64,000 bases of DNA from the NCBI RefSeq assembly GCF_009914755.1, contig NC_060938.1; one strand, written 5' to 3'. Of this stretch, positions 59,395 to 64,000 are shown in pieces. Within the stretch, counting starts at the first letter, position 1, and each line of letters starts with the position of its first letter. The translations under genes and the position numbers were made by a program. The stretch is from the human T2T-CHM13v2.0 reference genome, Homo sapiens. Under the pieces are notes generated by a model that saw nothing but the letters and a program-made list of their open reading frames with translations, was not told where the DNA came from and made no database searches.

Positions 59395-59524
59395 TGATCC
59401 GCCCGCCTCGGCCTCCCAAAATGCTGGGATTACAGGCGTGAGCCACCGCGCCCGGCCGGTAATAGCAAATTTTTAAAGTGAGATGGGATATTTCAAATAT
59501 GAGGACTCTGGAAAGAACTGTTAC

Positions 59525-61387
59525 CTCCAAAGAATCGTTGTTTACACCATAATACCACTCTCTCCAATGTCCATGGCTCTCTGGAGATTTTGCCAGTTCT
59601 ATCACTGCATTGTTTGAAGAAATGCTAATCACAGGTTCTGTGGTACTCAATTTATTCTCTGGAGCAAATTGCAAAAAGAAGGAATAAACTAAGTCTTGTG
59701 CGGAGAAGCGTAATTTGTACCAGAGGGGATTCAAATCTCCTTGAAGACTTTGCGGCTGGATCCGAGGCACCTGAATGAGCAGAGTCAAGGTTTCTTTGTC
59801 CTGATTACACAGTAACGGAGGACACAAAGGCTCCCCGCTCTTGGTCCCGGGACCACCCATGGCGCAGGCTGAGCGCTGGCCGCCCGTGCCCTCCGACTCC
59901 TCGCGCGTTTCCACACTGCTATCTCCGCGCGCACTCTCTCTTCCCGCAGAAGAACCCCACGCCAGGCTCCGGGAGGACAAACAAGGGGAGCCTCCGCCAC
60001 CAGGTGAGTTTTCTCCTCCAGGAGATGGCTCCTCCACGCTGCCCGGCGGTGACCCCGCGTGCCTGCTCAAGTCCTGCTCCCCCGGCTTGGGGACACGCTC
60101 CTCTCCAGCTGCGGCCGGCGGAGGCGCCACCTCCGGGTCGCCCAGGGTGGTGACCCCGGAGCCCGCAGCCCCAGCCACGCAGGTATCGTGGCCTCCGTCC
60201 TCGGCGCGACTCCTCGCGGGTCCCGCCTCCCCCTCGCGAGCGGAAGCGCAGGCCTGGCCGTCAGTTCCGGACCGGTCCGCGGACTCTTCCGGCGCGGCGG
60301 CGGCGACGGCGACAGCGGGCTCCCGGCGCGCGGCCGGCAGCACCACTGGCAGCGTAACCACCAGCTGCCGCCGGGCCTTGTTGAATTGTGCCTTGCCGCG
60401 GCCATCGTCCACTGGGTACGGGAGCGAGAGCCGCAGCCGGTAGTCAGGTTTCCTCGAGTCGAGGCACAGCAGCTTTCTCGTTACCTCCAGCGCCGCCTGC
60501 TCGGCCGAGCGCAACAGCGGCAGTTCGATGGTGATCACCAGCTCATGGGGCACGGGGCTCGGGGCTGAGTCCCTGGAGCAGCGGTAATCCTGGAGGTCCA
60601 CGTGGTGGCGCTGCACCACGCTGTAGCGAGGCTCGGTGGGGGCGGGCTGCAAGGCCGCTTCCGGAGGGGAGGGCGCCCGGGGCCCGGGGGCTGCCGGGTA
60701 CTGGTAAGGGTAGGGGAAGTCCGGGAGAGGACCCTTCGGCTCCCCGTCAGGCCTTGCGGGGATGACCCCGGGCAGGGGCGTGCGCAGCACCGCAGCCTCT
60801 GGGGTCCCCTTATACTTGGCCTTCAGGGTCTTGGCATTCCTGCGGTCCAGCTTCACGCCGAACTGCTTCTCGACGGCCTCCAGGGCCGTAGCGTCCAGCA
60901 TCTGGCGGAAGCCCTCGTGCCGCCGGGCCAGCGCAAGCGCGTCTGGATGGAAGACCACGTCGTAGACCATGTAGCGGCTGCTGCTGCGCCCCGCGTACTC
61001 GCGGCCGGGCGCCAGGCTGTAGGGCAGGGACCAGTGGCTGCCAGGAGCTGCGCCCCGGTCGCCACCGGAGCCGGGCCGGCTGCTGGGCGCGCCCACCAAC
61101 GCGTTGCTGCAGACATTCACAAAGCAGCGCCGCGCCCCGTCCAGGCTGGTGCGCAGCACATGGCCGGGCTCCGGGTGCACGAACCGCACTTCCACCCCGC
61201 GGTCACGCTCTAGCGCGGTGATCTCCGCCTCGTAGCGCCGCCGGTTCTCCGGGTCGGTGAGCTCCTCGGCGTACTGGGAGAACATTCGCCGGAACTCCGG
61301 GTCCTGGAAGGCGGAGGTGAGCCGCTGGACCTCCTCTCCGCTCAGGTCCAAGTCCTCCAGCGACGAGGAGGCCGCCGCTTTGGCCAT
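59525..61387 (-). CDS. DNAAF2: DNAAF2 (kintoun) exon 1, with PIH1 and CS domains
   Basis: [21 protein letters not shown] then GTAAC donor; 621+48+168 codons = 837 aa. Confidence 0.97.
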
Positions 61388-61534
61388 ACTGTCCTGTGGC
61401 TCCTCGCCCTCGGGCCAAAGGCGATCAGTCTGACACTGGGTTGGGGGATCCGCCTCAGAGTTTCTGGGCAGCGTACAGTGACGCGGTGGAGGTCGGTAAC
61501 GGCTGGAAAATTGAGCCTTGAGCAGCGCGTGCTT

Positions 61535-61548
61535 GTTGTCATAGTTAC
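61535..61548 (-). promoter_or_regulatory. RFX X-box candidate in the DNAAF2 promoter
   Basis: GTAACTATGACAAC fits GTNRYY-AT-RRYAAC, about 150 bp upstream of the ATG. Confidence 0.6.
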
Positions 61549-61591
61549 ACCACTAACATTCGGGAGGAGGGGTAGAGATCATGGTGGAATA

Positions 61592-62606
<1,015 letters not shown>

Positions 62607-63552
62607 TGACCCAAATGCCCTTAGAGTATTTGACACAATACTCTTAGAACATTCTCAAGGTGACATCATTTATGATTCTAAAGGTTTGAGAAGAATCTAC
62701 AAATTCAACAATGGAACTGATTGAGCAGGTTTTGGTAGAGCCACGCAACAGAGTTTTGTGCAACCATTCAAAATGATCATATGGAAGTATATTTATTTAC
62801 TGGAGTAATTATTTATTCATTGGTAATTGGTCAATTCAGTGATCATTTTTCTATTCTCAGCAACATTTAACACAGTTGATGTTGGCATTACCTCAGTGAC
62901 AAGACACTTTCCAGATTTCTCTTCTGTCTCATCACTCTCATAGTTTTGCTCTGTAGGTATCTACTTCTTTTCAACTTCTACATGGAAATGCCCCAAAACT
63001 GGGACCCAATCTCTTACCCATCTATACTCTCCTTCAGAAATATATTTACACTCACAAATACTTGTCTTAGACTCAGATTTTACACTCCTATATCCAGCTG
63101 CACGTTTGAGGTGTCCATTTGAGTGATTAATGCATAAGCTACTCAGGCTTGAAATGACCAAGATCAGAACTCCTGAATCCTCTTTTCCCAAACCACTGCC
63201 TTATCTTATGGTCTCTTGGAAGCATTCAAAGCAGTTGACTGCCCCTTCGAAACACATTTTTCTCATGTTTTGCAGAACTCCAAGCTCTCCCATTTTCCTC
63301 CTTTATGCTCCTGCCAGTTCTGCAAATGTGGGAGTCGCCCAAGGCTTTGTTCATCAGCCCTCTTACCTAATCACATTTCTTCCAAGATGTCTTATCCAAG
63401 CCCATAGTTTTAAATGCCATCTGTGTTCAAATTAGTCCTTTCAACAGATATTTATTGTGTGCTTATTGCACTTATTATATAGGTAATTAACAAAGATGTG
63501 AAGCAGTTGCATTGCTTTTTTTTTTGAGACAGAGTCTTGCTCTGTCGCCTAG

Positions 63553-63965
<413 letters not shown>

Positions 63966-64000
63966 TAGTTGACAAATTCTGGAAGCAACCCAAATTCTCA

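Noticed and set aside
59785-61542. Overlapping ORFs on both strands of DNAAF2 exon 1 (and similarly at MGAT2)
   Set aside because: Expected shadow ORFs of GC-rich coding DNA.

Overview
This is human genomic DNA, recognisable as the Alu-rich chr14q21.3 locus. Gene order: RPL32 processed pseudogene (-), RPS29 (-, 3 exons, 56 aa) head-to-head with the 7SL/SRP RNA gene RN7SL1 (+), a Y3 RNA retrocopy (-), LRR1 (+, 4 exons, 414 aa) with a RHOQ retrocopy in intron 1, the retrogene RPL36AL (-) head-to-head with intronless MGAT2 (+, 447 aa), and DNAAF2 (-, 3 exons, 837 aa). I read exon boundaries from GT/AG sites, and the summed lengths match the protein lengths I remember. Most ORFs in the supplied track are Alu or GC-rich antisense artefacts. 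I see no wholly new multi-gene system. The best second-look items are: (1) the RPL32 pseudogene used as an alternative RPS29 last exon; (2) a RHOQ retrocopy with an open G-domain carrying a D57N-equivalent change and a homopolymer frameshift that removes the CAAX box; (3) swapped, reverse-complemented target-site duplications (TSDs) pointing to an Alu-Alu inversion in DNAAF2 intron 2; (4) ATGA-chained uORFs upstream of MGAT2. Repeat subfamily names and repeat ends are approximate, and reference comparisons are from memory.
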